A stretch of DNA of 63,361 nucleotides from a virus (lineage: Duplodnaviria > Caudoviricetes): positions 1-63,361 of the IMG/VR virus record IMGVR_UViG_3300045581_000306; one strand, 5' to 3'. The notes beneath the pieces are model-generated. The model did not search any database. It worked only from the letters and a program-made list of their open reading frames with translations, and was not told the origin of the DNA. Positions 1-13,091 of the stretch are shown here, in pieces; positions within the stretch are counted from its first letter, which is position 1, and the number at the start of each line of letters is the position of its first letter. The translations under genes and the position numbers were made by a program.

Positions 1-92
1 GGCATATTCTGGCAATCGGATGTGGATCGCCAAGATCGGATGCAAGAACAATATTCTTTTCGGCGATCCACATCCGATTGCCAGAATATGCC
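1..92. other. 31-bp perfect inverted repeat (1-31 vs 62-92); probable fold-back chimera at the contig start
   Basis: 1-31 is the exact reverse complement of 62-92; only 23-31 is shared with the contig end. Confidence 0.8.
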
Positions 93-148
93 ATGTGAGT
101 CCCAGTTGGAATGTTGTGATCCTGATTGCCAACCTTGTCAGACCCATC
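23..148. repeat. Terminal direct repeat, copy 1 (126 bp, identical to 63236-63361); circular assembly overlap
   Basis: tggatcgccaagatcgg...gacccatc is present at both ends; offset 63213. Confidence 0.95.
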
Positions 149-715
149 CCACCACCCCGGCGCAGAGATGCCATCTTGCATCATCACGATTGTGTGTGCT
201 GGAGTGACCAATTCGTTTTCGGAAGTTGCTAAATTGGCAGTCTTCGTAGCTAAAGCAAAGGTGATGTTCTCGACATCTTTGTCGAACTTGATGTTTGTCA
301 GCTTAAAATCATTCCAGTTCTTTGGCTGAACCAATGGAAATGGCGCATAATAAACAGAACCATCAACTGCAAATACAATGTAGCTCAATTCTTGCTGTAC
401 GACTCCCTCGCCATTCACATCAAAAATCTTCGCAGGAACTACAGTCGTGACTCCGTTTTCTTCGCGGCTGAATGATGCGTCCTTTTGCTTGTTAGCTTGA
501 AATATCACTCCACCTTGCAGGTTGCCGGGAGGCAGGCTTAACCGCATCGCATAGCCGGGCCGGGTCTGCGCGATGCCGCCGCGAATCGATAGGTTGACTC
601 CCCACTTAAACTGGTTCTCTGGCAACGCCCAAGGATTCCGCACCGAATTGACTCCCTGCGTCCATCCAGTTGAAACCTTTTGAAGTCTGCCTGATGTGAT
701 GTTGTCGCTTTTCAT
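23..715 (-). CDS. 5' part of tail nozzle / tail tubular protein B-like gene; continues across the junction into 63235-61799 (total 709 aa)
   Basis: Open frame from ATG 715 (MKSDNITSGRLQKVSTGWTQGVNSVRNPWALPENQ...) reads in frame into MAYSGNRMW at 94 (=63307); abuts the upstream TAG; absent from the ORF track. Confidence 0.85.
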
Positions 716-3700
716 CTAGAACATCACGGGTTCTTCGCCATCGGCGTAAACTAGATTTTGGATTTGCGGAGGTTGGAATGCGTGACCATCAAGATGCTCT
801 TGCTGGTTTTTCAGATAATTGAAAGCAACACCCCAGTAGCGAACTGCCTGCTCTGCGAAATCTTTGTCTTCCAGATCGCAAGCATGAACGGCAGTAATGA
901 TCGCCCTCTCATGCTCAAGCGGAATATAATCCTGCATGGAAGTAATTGTTGGCGGGGTCAAACGATATGCGATCCGCGCCCAAGCACACTTCTTGCCGAT
1001 CCGAATTCTGCGATAACTTGGATTGATTTCGTCTGGATGGTACTGACCGATCAGAGTCATGTCATTGCTGCGTCCGTAATCGAAAGCGTAAAGCGACACA
1101 TAACCATCGGTCTTCGGCTTTTCAATGTGCGACACAGTCTTGACCAATACTGGGCCTTGCACACTATCAACAAAGAATTTCGAGGTTGTTTTATTTCCGC
1201 TAGTCAAATACTCAACTCGCCCAGTTGTAGACGATAGGTTTTGAGCGTTGGCAAGCGTGTTATACAACTCAAATTCGTCGGAATTAATCTTGCGAACATA
1301 GTATGTTGTTCCTGCAACTAGTCCGTTAGGCAACACATCATTCTCTGCCGCTCTAACCGAGATTTTATCTCCAGTCTCGTACAAGCAAGCAGGCGCATAA
1401 ATGCTAGTCGAAGGCTGAACTGTCATCACTCGGCGAATGTCTAAAGTCAAACGACCTGAACCGGGCGTTGTGATAGGAACTAGCGTTCCGCCTTGATAAA
1501 CTTTTACACGATTGCCAAACAATTTGATTGTGTAGTCTGTGCCAGCAACAAGCGGATTAGGCAATGTGCCAGACGATGTGAAATTCACTATTTCGCCATC
1601 TTCGATGAACTGGATATTGTCTGGTTCAATCAAATTGTCATAGACGCTAGGAGTGACGCTAAACCGGATTCCAAAGTAAGTTTGTCCAGTACCGAATGCG
1701 GTCGCGACAACTTGCCCAGTTGTGCCTCCAGCAATGGCATTTGCTTCGCTTGTATAAACTCGACCGGATTCATCCGTGTCCTTGCGTAGCCAGAATTGCG
1801 TTACTCCGTTATCAATTGATGGCGATGTCGTAGGTAGCAAGAAATCAGTTCCAAAGTAGAATCCTTGAGTCTGACCTAACGACGAATAATCCCCGCGCCA
1901 ATTTCCTGTGAATGCAACTCCAAAAGACCTAGAAAGCACCACATATAAGGTTCCAGACCCAGCAGACTTAATATCTACATCAGAATAATCTGTTCCTTTA
2001 ATTGTAAAGGTCGTAGAAGTTGGATTCTCTGCTCGATATGCAGTACCTGCTGTTAAAGGTTGTGGCAATGTGCCAGTTGATTGAAACTCAACAAACACAC
2101 CAGTCGATGGAGAAAGCGTCACGGCAGGAGCAGATGTGTATCCACTTCCTTGCGTGATGATGTCAATCGATGTTACTTGACCACCAGAAATATTTGCTTT
2201 TGCAGTCGCTCCAGTTCCTCCACCACCCGTAATTTTCACTTGCGGTGCTTCTGTGTAACCAGAGCCACCAGAGATTTGAGTGAAACGAGAAATGAAAGAT
2301 GTAGTAATTGATGCGGCAGCAGTTGCTTGATTCCCAGAAGCAACTTTGGCGGCAGTAATATTTCCGCTAGCATCTACCAGAGCAGAACCAACAGAATAGG
2401 TAAATGTATTAGTACTTACATTCGATATTGTTTTTGTTCCATTGTAATCGTTCGGAGATGCGCCAGAGATTAAAATTTGATTTCCGTTAGCAAATCCATG
2501 CGCGACAGCAGTTGTTACTGTTGCAATCAATGTGCTGGGATTTGTAACGATGGAAAGGACTGTAAAATTTGTTGTTGTCGGAGGATCAATTGTTACAGTC
2601 GGAGGCGAAGAATAGCCTAACCCTGCATCGGTAATAATCACTTCAGAGATTGTATTGCTAACAGTATTTCGGATTGCGTAGCCTTTTGCCGTGCGTGATT
2701 GCTGCCCAACTGGAGGAGTCGGAGGGTCGCTAAAAGTAACATTCGGCTCGGTAGTGTAGCCAGAACCAGACGCAGACACGCGAACGCTAGTAACTGACCC
2801 AACAGGAACAGCACTAAACTGCGCTCCAGCACCGGATGGAACAGGAATTGAAAGCCCCGGAGCAGTAATTTGATTGGTAGTGCCAACCACCGCAGTCGCA
2901 GGAATCAATTTTACCAACGAAACAACGCCACTTCCGGGCGTGATCAGCACAATCGGGTTTACAAAGAATGTAGTAGATGAAGCATTGGCATCCGCTTGAT
3001 TTTCGTGCAGAGTGATCGTTGTTGCATCGATCACATTTACAAAATAATTTTTGTTGGCAATTAAAGGACGAGGCAACACGCCACCAGAAGTGAATGCCTG
3101 AACTTGGTCGCCATCCACGAACAAGTGTGGAACAACGAAGGTTAGTTTGGTTTCAGGCGCAATCTCTTTTCGGATATCAACATTGATTGGATCAGTTGAT
3201 CCTGTTGTGTAAACCTCTCCATAGTTGTTTTGAGAGTTCTCTTCAGTCTCAAAAATCTGAAGATTGGTAGAATCTAAAAGATTTCCGAAATATGTTGTCT
3301 CTGTCTTTAGAGGCGCAGGCAAAGTTTGGCCCGGAGGAAAGAAAATTGGATTTGCTACGGAAATTCCAATTGCAGGAGCAATAGCAAAACGAAGAGCAGT
3401 CACAACTCGACTTGCTCGTTCATCAAGGAACTCCAAAGGCCCAGCACCGACGATTGATTGCAATGAAATCGGGTAATCGCCCGATTGCGCGTTTAATGAG
3501 TCATTGAAAATCTTGATCGTAAGAGCATCGATCACGCCAATGTAATATGTCTGCCCATCAGAAAGCGGCACAGGAATGGTTCCGCTAATCGGCGTGATGC
3601 TCATCCCTTCACCAGAATTTAATTGATGAGGAGTTGCGGATTTGAAAGACTGGATCGGAGTGATGCCAACCTCGCGGGTCACAATATTCGCGCCAGATGG

Positions 3701-4219
3701 AGAGATCGTTCCAAAAGCAAAATCAGAAGGTGAGTTGATCGGAATTAGCAACCCATCAACCCCAGTTCCATCCGCTAATTGACTGCGGATTGGACGATTC
3801 GTGTCGTTAGTGCCTACAACCCGGATAACTTTGCCAACATCGTTAGATGATTCCGCAATAGCTACGAGTTCGGAAGGCTGAATGATTTCCATCAAGGTCG
3901 CCACATAGCCTCGATCATCCCATGCCCACTCGACAGGATTGAACATCCCGCCCTTGTTTACATGATACTGGAAAAGCCGATTGCGGAAGTATGTCGGACT
4001 GCCATCAACATTGACCGCAAGAGGCACAGAAACGCCGCGAGGAAGCGCAATGGAGCAACCATCCCATCCTGTGCAAACATCGACTTCAGCAGTCGAATGC
4101 ATCCAATGCCCAGACTCCATAAGAGTCTGAACTGCCTGCGAGATTTTTCGGAAAACCTTGCTCTTATCAGTCGTTCCTAAAATCTCCGCGCATTCTTCGT
4201 AGATTTGCGAAACAAACAT
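716..4219 (-). CDS. Head-tail adaptor (tail tubular protein A-like) with a large insertion of repeated beta domains, 1167 aa
   Basis: Adaptor-like N-terminus (IALPRG..PLAVNVDG) and helical C-terminus (DYIPLEHERAII...AVRYW); six LPxPLxxxxxY repeats and GSGYT repeats; lies just before the nozzle gene. Confidence 0.65.
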   Translation of the reverse strand: MFVSQIYEECAEILGTTDKSKVFRKISQAVQTLMESGHWMHSTAEVDVCTGWDGCSIALPRGVSVPLAVNVDGSPTYFRNRLFQYHVNKGGMFNPVEWAWDDRGYVATLMEIIQPSELVAIAESSNDVGKVIRVVGTNDTNRPIRSQLADGTGVDGLLIPINSPSDFAFGTISPSGANIVTREVGITPIQSFKSATPHQLNSGEGMSITPISGTIPVPLSDGQTYYIGVIDALTIKIFNDSLNAQSGDYPISLQSIVGAGPLEFLDERASRVVTALRFAIAPAIGISVANPIFFPPGQTLPAPLKTETTYFGNLLDSTNLQIFETEENSQNNYGEVYTTGSTDPINVDIRKEIAPETKLTFVVPHLFVDGDQVQAFTSGGVLPRPLIANKNYFVNVIDATTITLHENQADANASSTTFFVNPIVLITPGSGVVSLVKLIPATAVVGTTNQITAPGLSIPVPSGAGAQFSAVPVGSVTSVRVSASGSGYTTEPNVTFSDPPTPPVGQQSRTAKGYAIRNTVSNTISEVIITDAGLGYSSPPTVTIDPPTTTNFTVLSIVTNPSTLIATVTTAVAHGFANGNQILISGASPNDYNGTKTISNVSTNTFTYSVGSALVDASGNITAAKVASGNQATAAASITTSFISRFTQISGGSGYTEAPQVKITGGGGTGATAKANISGGQVTSIDIITQGSGYTSAPAVTLSPSTGVFVEFQSTGTLPQPLTAGTAYRAENPTSTTFTIKGTDYSDVDIKSAGSGTLYVVLSRSFGVAFTGNWRGDYSSLGQTQGFYFGTDFLLPTTSPSIDNGVTQFWLRKDTDESGRVYTSEANAIAGGTTGQVVATAFGTGQTYFGIRFSVTPSVYDNLIEPDNIQFIEDGEIVNFTSSGTLPNPLVAGTDYTIKLFGNRVKVYQGGTLVPITTPGSGRLTLDIRRVMTVQPSTSIYAPACLYETGDKISVRAAENDVLPNGLVAGTTYYVRKINSDEFELYNTLANAQNLSSTTGRVEYLTSGNKTTSKFFVDSVQGPVLVKTVSHIEKPKTDGYVSLYAFDYGRSNDMTLIGQYHPDEINPSYRRIRIGKKCAWARIAYRLTPPTITSMQDYIPLEHERAIITAVHACDLEDKDFAEQAVRYWGVAFNYLKNQQEHLDGHAFQPPQIQNLVYADGEEPVMF

Positions 4220-4221
4220 GA

Positions 4222-4512
4222 TTAGACAGCACCACGAGAGAGTTCTTGAGCGAAAGCGGCAAGATCAGCATCTTCAGTCTCGCCGGGAGCAGGAGCAACA
4301 GGCATTTCACCTTCACCAGCACCTGCGGCTTGCTGCTCCACCTGAACTGCAAGAGCATCGATTGCCTCTGCCAATTGCACGACAATGCCGTGTAATTGGT
4401 CGAAAGTGGTCTTGGGGATGCTCATCATTACCTCGCCACCTTCAGGGGCGGCAGGAGGCATTGGTGCTTCATTCATAGCCTCCATAGGCATTGGATTATC
4501 TTGTTTTTTCAT
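4222..4512 (-). CDS. Small acidic, Pro/Met-rich virion-module protein
   Basis: 96-aa ORF tightly packed in the operon. Confidence 0.7.
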   Translation of the reverse strand: MKKQDNPMPMEAMNEAPMPPAAPEGGEVMMSIPKTTFDQLHGIVVQLAEAIDALAVQVEQQAAGAGEGEMPVAPAPGETEDADLAAFAQELSRGAV

Positions 4513-4515
4513 AAA

Positions 4516-4929
4516 TTAGTCTTCTTCTTCGCTACCACCAATTTCGATTTCGATTTTGGTCTTTGGCTTTTCTTCCGCTTCTTCAAGTCCGCTCTCAATG
4601 GCATCCTCATCATCCATCTCTTCGTCCTCGGATTCCATTTCCTCTGAACCTTCAGGCTTGATTCCACAGATGCAAAGTTCTACGCAATGACGCTTCTCGA
4701 TCTTGCCATCACGCATCATCGTTTCGTTTTTCTCCATGACCTTCTTAAAGTAAATCATGGCAGTTCCTTCTTTTGGCAAATTTTTCAACGCTTCTGCATT
4801 TTCAAAATAAAGCGATGGATAATGGTATTCGCTTTTCGGCATTTCCATGTCCATGTTAATTGGTTTCACAGGCTCACCAAGGTCTTCAAACCCGGATGGC
4901 AGATCATATTTTTCAGATGTGTAAGGCAT
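4516..4929 (-). CDS. Acidic hypothetical protein
   Basis: 137-aa ORF with a D/E-rich tail, tightly packed. Confidence 0.75.
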   Translation of the reverse strand: MPYTSEKYDLPSGFEDLGEPVKPINMDMEMPKSEYHYPSLYFENAEALKNLPKEGTAMIYFKKVMEKNETMMRDGKIEKRHCVELCICGIKPEGSEEMESEDEEMDDEDAIESGLEEAEEKPKTKIEIEIGGSEEED

Positions 4930-4930
4930 A

Positions 4931-4963
4931 TTGTTTTATTATTTAATAAATAAAAAAAGTCAA
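4931..4963 (-). promoter_or_regulatory. Possible sigma70-type promoter
   Basis: TTGACT-16 nt-TAATAA in an AT-rich gap just before ATG 4929. Confidence 0.35.
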
Positions 4964-4968
4964 GAATT

Positions 4969-5832
4969 TTATTTCACTTGCCAATCACGAATGCAAATAT
5001 TTTTTGGCAAATTACCTTTTATAATGTTATTTGATGCAAGATCATTTGGATTTGCGCTAGAACCGAACGGCTTGCTTGTATCCCTATTTTTGAATTTCGA
5101 TCCAGCCATGTAGAAATATTTAATGACTCCAGACCTTGATCCAAGCCAAATAGCAGGAAATACAAGTTGATTTAATTTTGACTTGAAAGAACCATCATAC
5201 TTAAATGTATTGTTGATGATTTTATTGAAACTTGGAGTCTGATGACGAATCGTTCCGCCTTCTCCTAAGTTCCTGTAAAGATAAATGCCACCAAAATCAA
5301 GAAAATGAAAGGTATTGTTTTGAATTGTATTGTGTGCGGAACCATCAACAGCAATAGCTTCTCTTTTGGTTTTTGTCTTAATGATGTTGTTTTGAATCTT
5401 GTTATTGGCCGATTCGCAACACAAATAGATTGAAACGGATTCCGTATGACCAGTTAATTCACTGTTCTGTAGAGTGATATTCGTGCAACCGGGAGCCACA
5501 TAGAATGGAGTCCTGACATTTGCTTCTATTTTAATATTATCAAAAACAATATTCTTCGGAGCAACTGATTGAGCATACTCTGTATGGTTTTCGTTCTTAG
5601 ATGATTCTCTGACAAGCTCGCCCTCTCCATTTATTCCAAGACCAATAACTCTAACAGAACCTTTAATTACAAAGTTCTTGATCGTGATGTTTTCTGGAAT
5701 CAACCATTTTCCTGCTTGCTGAACAGACTTTATAAGCAAGCAGTCGTTTCCATCCAATATCTTTCCATGACCATCAATTATACTCCCATTTTGGGAGCTT
5801 CCTTCTATGATAAGTGTCTTGTTAGACATCAT
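4969..5832 (-). CDS. Right-handed parallel beta-helix protein (NosD/pectin lyase-like); probable start MMSNK
   Basis: NNxIxNN repeats and I-x-I beta-helix pattern; AT-rich. Confidence 0.75.
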   Translation of the reverse strand: MMSNKTLIIEGSSQNGSIIDGHGKILDGNDCLLIKSVQQAGKWLIPENITIKNFVIKGSVRVIGLGINGEGELVRESSKNENHTEYAQSVAPKNIVFDNIKIEANVRTPFYVAPGCTNITLQNSELTGHTESVSIYLCCESANNKIQNNIIKTKTKREAIAVDGSAHNTIQNNTFHFLDFGGIYLYRNLGEGGTIRHQTPSFNKIINNTFKYDGSFKSKLNQLVFPAIWLGSRSGVIKYFYMAGSKFKNRDTSKPFGSSANPNDLASNNIIKGNLPKNICIRDWQVK

Positions 5833-5917
5833 ATTCGGATGAACTAATCTCAATCTCCGAATTGTCATTCATGGTATTATCCTCAACATCCCCATCTATT
5901 TCGTAGTCTGCTTCCAT
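5822..5917 (-). CDS. Tiny acidic peptide, 31 aa (MEADYEIDGDVEDNTMNDNSEIEISSSEYDV)
   Basis: Manual translation; ATG 1 nt after the upstream stop; fills the gap. Confidence 0.4.
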   Translation of the reverse strand: MEADYEIDGDVEDNTMNDNSEIEISSSEYDV

Positions 5918-5918
5918 A

Positions 5919-7571
5919 TTAAGGATTTCTTGGAGTTCTTGAAATTTCATACCAAGCATTTCCAAGATGAATAAGCGTTAAAGAATTACCATTTGCTGTT
6001 GTAAAGTTTCCATCAAGAACCATTTCATTTGAATTTGGTGTAGGAGATGTTGCTGTTTGAACTATTAAAACACCAGTAAAAATAAGAGTTACTTGCCTTC
6101 CAGTCCATCCATAATTTAACAAATTAAAATTATTTGTTCCATTTACAAAAAAAGTTGATCCATTTTGAAATAGATTACATGATCCTCCAGATGGAGTTAC
6201 ACTTTGAGATACTATTCCAGAGACAGGATTAATATAAGTGGATAGTCCTACATTGTTATTCGATCCAATTAAGGTTTTTGAATTATTTACAGTTGCATTA
6301 ATTACTTTTGTTGTAATATTGTAGCAATAATTGTTATCAAATATTAATTCAGATGTTGCGCTTGTTGTTGAGACAGCAAAACTTACATCTCTGATTCCGC
6401 TTCCTTTAATTATTGCATTACCATTGTAAATTAAAACTCCGTGAGTTGACCCACCCCAACAATTATATGATTCAATAGTTACCCATCCTGTTTCATTATC
6501 CATAAATATGCCAGCAGATGCTTGAGCAGCACATTGACATCCAATAATTCTTGTATCCAAACATCCTCCTTCTATTGTAATTCCAATAGAACTTGGATGA
6601 CCACCGGGAACATTATCAAATCCACATCCAAGCAATGTCATTGAATTTACATCAGAAAGTTGACATCCTCTAAAATATCCATAAGAAAAACAATTTGTCA
6701 ATTTACACCAGTCATTAACAGTTGAAAACTTATATGCTGTTCCAGACCTTATTATTGTTGATCCTGCTCCCCATGCAATGGATGCAAACGGCCAAGCGTG
6801 ACAATTAGAGATATATGCAATATCGTAACAAGTAATAATCTCAATTCCATTTACATTGTCCATGTAAACATACTCAATTCTTGCTCTTTGATGTCCTTGA
6901 GAAAAATATGCTTTATTAAACCCAAGTATCATTGAATGACTAACTGATACATCGTCATCTTGCGCTATAATTGCTGTTCCAGTAAATGCAGACGCATTTT
7001 GAACAGGGAAAACCATACCTTTTCTGTAAATTAATAGTCCAGAAATACTGGAGCCTCCTTTCATATAAATTGAAACACCCGCAGTTGCTGCGTCCAATAT
7101 AATTGCACCGCCAAGATTATTATATGGTGCGGATGAATTATCTTGAGGACTACCAACAAATTTATGAGGGCCAACTAATGATACATTTGGCTTTATAATT
7201 AATCCATTTAAATCAATAAGACATTTCATTCCATTTGGAATAAAAACAGTTCCTCCTGCTGCGCCCAAACTATCAATAGCTGCTTGAATTGCTGCTCTGT
7301 CATTAGTAACCCCATCACCTACAGCTCCGAAGTCTTTCACATTCACTACATCTGCGAACCTGTCGGCCAATTGCCTTGCCGTAGTCGATCCAGTCGCGAG
7401 AGCCGTAGCACTTGATGCGTTGCCAGAGAATGTTCCTCCTCCAGTAATATCTCCTGTGACATCAGCAATAATTGCCTGTGTAAATGTCTTTTTTCCAGTA
7501 ATAGTCTGCTCGGTATCTGTAGTGCAGATATTCGGAGCTATTACTGCTTGTGTAGCTTTTGTTATTGCCAT
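5919..7571 (-). CDS. Tailspike / depolymerase with a pectate-lyase-3 type beta helix
   Basis: VVNVKDFGAVGDGVTNDRAAIQAAID...GGTVFIP motif; N-terminal QTITGKKTF fibre motif. Confidence 0.85.
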   Translation of the reverse strand: MAITKATQAVIAPNICTTDTEQTITGKKTFTQAIIADVTGDITGGGTFSGNASSATALATGSTTARQLADRFADVVNVKDFGAVGDGVTNDRAAIQAAIDSLGAAGGTVFIPNGMKCLIDLNGLIIKPNVSLVGPHKFVGSPQDNSSAPYNNLGGAIILDAATAGVSIYMKGGSSISGLLIYRKGMVFPVQNASAFTGTAIIAQDDDVSVSHSMILGFNKAYFSQGHQRARIEYVYMDNVNGIEIITCYDIAYISNCHAWPFASIAWGAGSTIIRSGTAYKFSTVNDWCKLTNCFSYGYFRGCQLSDVNSMTLLGCGFDNVPGGHPSSIGITIEGGCLDTRIIGCQCAAQASAGIFMDNETGWVTIESYNCWGGSTHGVLIYNGNAIIKGSGIRDVSFAVSTTSATSELIFDNNYCYNITTKVINATVNNSKTLIGSNNNVGLSTYINPVSGIVSQSVTPSGGSCNLFQNGSTFFVNGTNNFNLLNYGWTGRQVTLIFTGVLIVQTATSPTPNSNEMVLDGNFTTANGNSLTLIHLGNAWYEISRTPRNP

Positions 7572-7580
7572 ATTTTTAGT

Positions 7581-7985
7581 TTAGTTAAGAATTTCGGGCC
7601 AAATTGATTTGATTCCAGCAAGATCATCAGGAAGCGTAGTCAGCGTCACATCGCGCAATGCTTGCTTGTCTGCGGCAACTGCGGCTTTCTTTGCTTCATC
7701 ATTCACTTCTACTGCTTTCATATACTCTACATCAAGTTTGTCAAGTTTAGGCTTGCGAGCAGCACGGAACTTATCAAGATGAATAGCTTTGGCTTTCTCG
7801 ATATTTACCTTTGCGCCAAGTTCAGCGTCAAATTCGTATGCGTTGAAGTAGTCGTTATCAATGTCAACTGATTCAACAATCTTGTATTCTACGCCTTCTG
7901 GAACATCTTTGATTGCGTCATTAACATCTTCAGTAGGAATGACTACTGCTACTTGTCCGTTTGGTTGTGGGTAGGTGATAAGCAT
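7581..7985 (-). CDS. Tail fibre assembly chaperone-like protein (probable start MLITYP)
   Basis: C-terminal RAARKPKL..LD...KQALRDVT...WP motif. Confidence 0.7.
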   Translation of the reverse strand: MLITYPQPNGQVAVVIPTEDVNDAIKDVPEGVEYKIVESVDIDNDYFNAYEFDAELGAKVNIEKAKAIHLDKFRAARKPKLDKLDVEYMKAVEVNDEAKKAAVAADKQALRDVTLTTLPDDLAGIKSIWPEILN

Positions 7986-7989
7986 AAAA

Positions 7990-8448
7990 TTAATTGGAAA
8001 ATGCAGTAATGTTAATTTCTGGAGAATCTCTATAAGATGCTCCATCTGTTGTTGCAATATAAATTTGACTTTGTGTTTTAGTCCCTAATCTAATGTCTTG
8101 AAACGCAAGCCAACCTATGCCAGTAGAAAGATTAAGTGTTGATCCATATACTGTAGAATAATTTGTATCAGTAAATGCGGTAGTAAAGTTTACAATATAG
8201 TTTCCTGTTCCTGTTTTTGTAATGCTGGAGACATTGTAACTGGAGCGGATCGCGCCGGGACTCGTAGTGCCATTAAAATTCACCCATGCTTTAGCAATCT
8301 GCTTCTGTTCATTAGTGCCAAGTTTTGCTGCGGTGACTGAACCATTTGCAATCTGCGTTGCTCCTACTGCGTTAGCTGGAATAACAGCACTCGTCAGCGT
8401 AGTCGCATCGTTAAAAGTAATTCCTGCGGATGTAATTGTTGTTGGCAT
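7990..8448 (-). CDS. Tail fibre tip protein
   Basis: AKAWVNFNG...IRSSYNVSSIT..GTGNY.VNF..AF.DTNY domain; paralog of the next gene. Confidence 0.75.
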   Translation of the reverse strand: MPTTITSAGITFNDATTLTSAVIPANAVGATQIANGSVTAAKLGTNEQKQIAKAWVNFNGTTSPGAIRSSYNVSSITKTGTGNYIVNFTTAFTDTNYSTVYGSTLNLSTGIGWLAFQDIRLGTKTQSQIYIATTDGASYRDSPEINITAFSN

Positions 8449-8452
8449 AAGA

Positions 8453-8974
8453 TTAGTTTCCGAAGACTATCGCGTTAGTATCAATAAAATCTGATTTAAG
8501 AGCATTTTGATTAAATGTTGTTATTCTAAAAGTAGATTGAGTTTGTGTTGATATTGAAACTCCACCAATAACAATTCCGGTTCCATTTATTCTTCCGTTT
8601 CCACCGCCAACATTTACGCAATAATTCGCATCACTCATTGGAATTGTAAGTGTAATCGTATAATCTCCTTCAGCATTCCTCAATACACTCGTCACATTCC
8701 CACTTGAACGAATAAGACGATTTGTATTTGCCGTGCTTACTGCACCAGTAGTGTCGCGTGTTCCATCGAAGTTCACCCATGCACGGCAGGCGTAAGCAGG
8801 AGCAGAACCAGTTGTAGTGGAGAACTTCGTAGCAGTATCTGCGTTGCCTGTGACATTCCCAGTCAGATTAGCCGTAATTCCAGAGGTAGTCAGCGTAGCG
8901 GCAGTCGTGCCGTTGACTTTGATATACCCTTGCGCGAGGGAACTATCGTTTTCGAGTGTGAGTGAAGTTGCCAT
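8453..8974 (-). CDS. Tail fibre tip protein
   Basis: CRAWVNFDG...IRSSGNVTSV...GDYTIT...MSDANY domain. Confidence 0.75.
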   Translation of the reverse strand: MATSLTLENDSSLAQGYIKVNGTTAATLTTSGITANLTGNVTGNADTATKFSTTTGSAPAYACRAWVNFDGTRDTTGAVSTANTNRLIRSSGNVTSVLRNAEGDYTITLTIPMSDANYCVNVGGGNGRINGTGIVIGGVSISTQTQSTFRITTFNQNALKSDFIDTNAIVFGN

Positions 8975-9585
8975 TATTCGTAAGATATGTTAATTGTTCC
9001 AGCGTCAAATGTGTCTGTGCCGTTTACTGTTGTGATGCGGAGTCTGTCTAATGCACCAGAAAGCGAAACTGAACCTGCTCCAACAATTTCAAATGTATTT
9101 CCAGATTGATTAAAATAAAAACAATGAGAAGAAACAAATGAATTTGATGACATTAATGTTAATGTCATATGTCCAGTAATAAAATTAACTGAAGACAGCG
9201 ATTGAATAACAAATCCATTATTATATACTGGGAAACCAGTTCCGGTTACTGTTGTCTCTCTGCTTGCAGAATTATATCCAGTTGTTTGAATGCTTCCAGA
9301 ACCAATTTGAATTAATGGTTGGCTGCTTCCGTTAGTGGAAACACCATCAAACATCACAGTAATCCGCTTTGCCCAACTCGGAATGCCAGTAAAGTCAACA
9401 GCAGTTCCAGATGCGGTTTGTGCCGTTGCAAGAGTAATAGAACCACCAGATGACGATGTTAAATAATCTGTTCCAGCCACAGCTTGTGATACAACTCCAG
9501 ATGTTGCTTTAAGGATGCCTGTAATTGATCCTACTGTTGCTCCCGGCGTTACTACTCCAGTTGTTCCATTTAATGTGATTGGCAT
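8974..9585 (-). CDS. Tail fibre protein
   Basis: SGTAVDFTGIPSWAKRITVMF...FDAGTINISYE domain typical of aquatic phage fibres. Confidence 0.75.
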   Translation of the reverse strand: MPITLNGTTGVVTPGATVGSITGILKATSGVVSQAVAGTDYLTSSSGGSITLATAQTASGTAVDFTGIPSWAKRITVMFDGVSTNGSSQPLIQIGSGSIQTTGYNSASRETTVTGTGFPVYNNGFVIQSLSSVNFITGHMTLTLMSSNSFVSSHCFYFNQSGNTFEIVGAGSVSLSGALDRLRITTVNGTDTFDAGTINISYE

Positions 9586-9597
9586 AATTTTTATCCT

Positions 9598-12527
<2,930 letters not shown>

Positions 12528-12533
<6 letters not shown>

Positions 12534-13091
12534 CATATATTACTATTCGTTTTATGAAAACTTGCTGTCGTTGTAATATTCAAAAGGAATTGAGTGAATT
12601 TGTCAAATCTAGCAGATCGAAAGATGGATTCTGTAACAGATGCAAATCTTGTCATAGAATTGCAAGCATTCAATCGTGTAGAAATAATCCAGATGGCAGA
12701 AAGAAGGCTTGCTTGAAATATTACGAAACACACAAACAAGAACACATCAAAAGATGCATTTCTTGGGCTAAAAGAAACCCCCAAAAAGTCAAAGAGATTA
12801 AGTTGAGATGTCTTCAAAATATGACAGAAGATCAAATTGAAAAATTCAATCAATGCAGAATAAAATCCGCTAAAAAACAAAGACAAAAATTCTCTGATAA
12901 ATATAAAGCAAGAAATAAAGTAAACAATGCTGTCGCTAAACAAAAAATTCCAAAGGTTTCCACATTGCAATGCATAAATTGCGGGAGTCAAGCAAGCCAA
13001 TATCACCATCATAAAGGATATGATGAAAAACATTGGCTTGATGTTGTCCCTATGTGTATTCCTTGTCATTCTTTGGTTAAATAACAATCAT
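12528..13091 (+). mobile_element. Free-standing HNH cassette flanked by 6-bp direct repeats AATCAT
   Basis: AATCAT at 12528-33 and 13086-91; removing the insert restores an ATGA holin/lysin overlap. Confidence 0.6.
12554..13084 (+). CDS. HNH-type homing endonuclease with N-terminal Zn ribbon
   Basis: KTCCRC..K.LSEF...KDG...RCKSC and CINCG...HHHKGY...LDVVPMCIPCH; only convincing plus-strand gene. Confidence 0.8.
   Translation: MKTCCRCNIQKELSEFVKSSRSKDGFCNRCKSCHRIASIQSCRNNPDGRKKACLKYYETHKQEHIKRCISWAKRNPQKVKEIKLRCLQNMTEDQIEKFNQCRIKSAKKQRQKFSDKYKARNKVNNAVAKQKIPKVSTLQCINCGSQASQYHHHKGYDEKHWLDVVPMCIPCHSLVK

Noticed and set aside
7990-8974. Similar adjacent fibre-tip genes as a DGR template/variable pair
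   Set aside because: No reverse transcriptase; similarity is at protein level and not adenine-specific.
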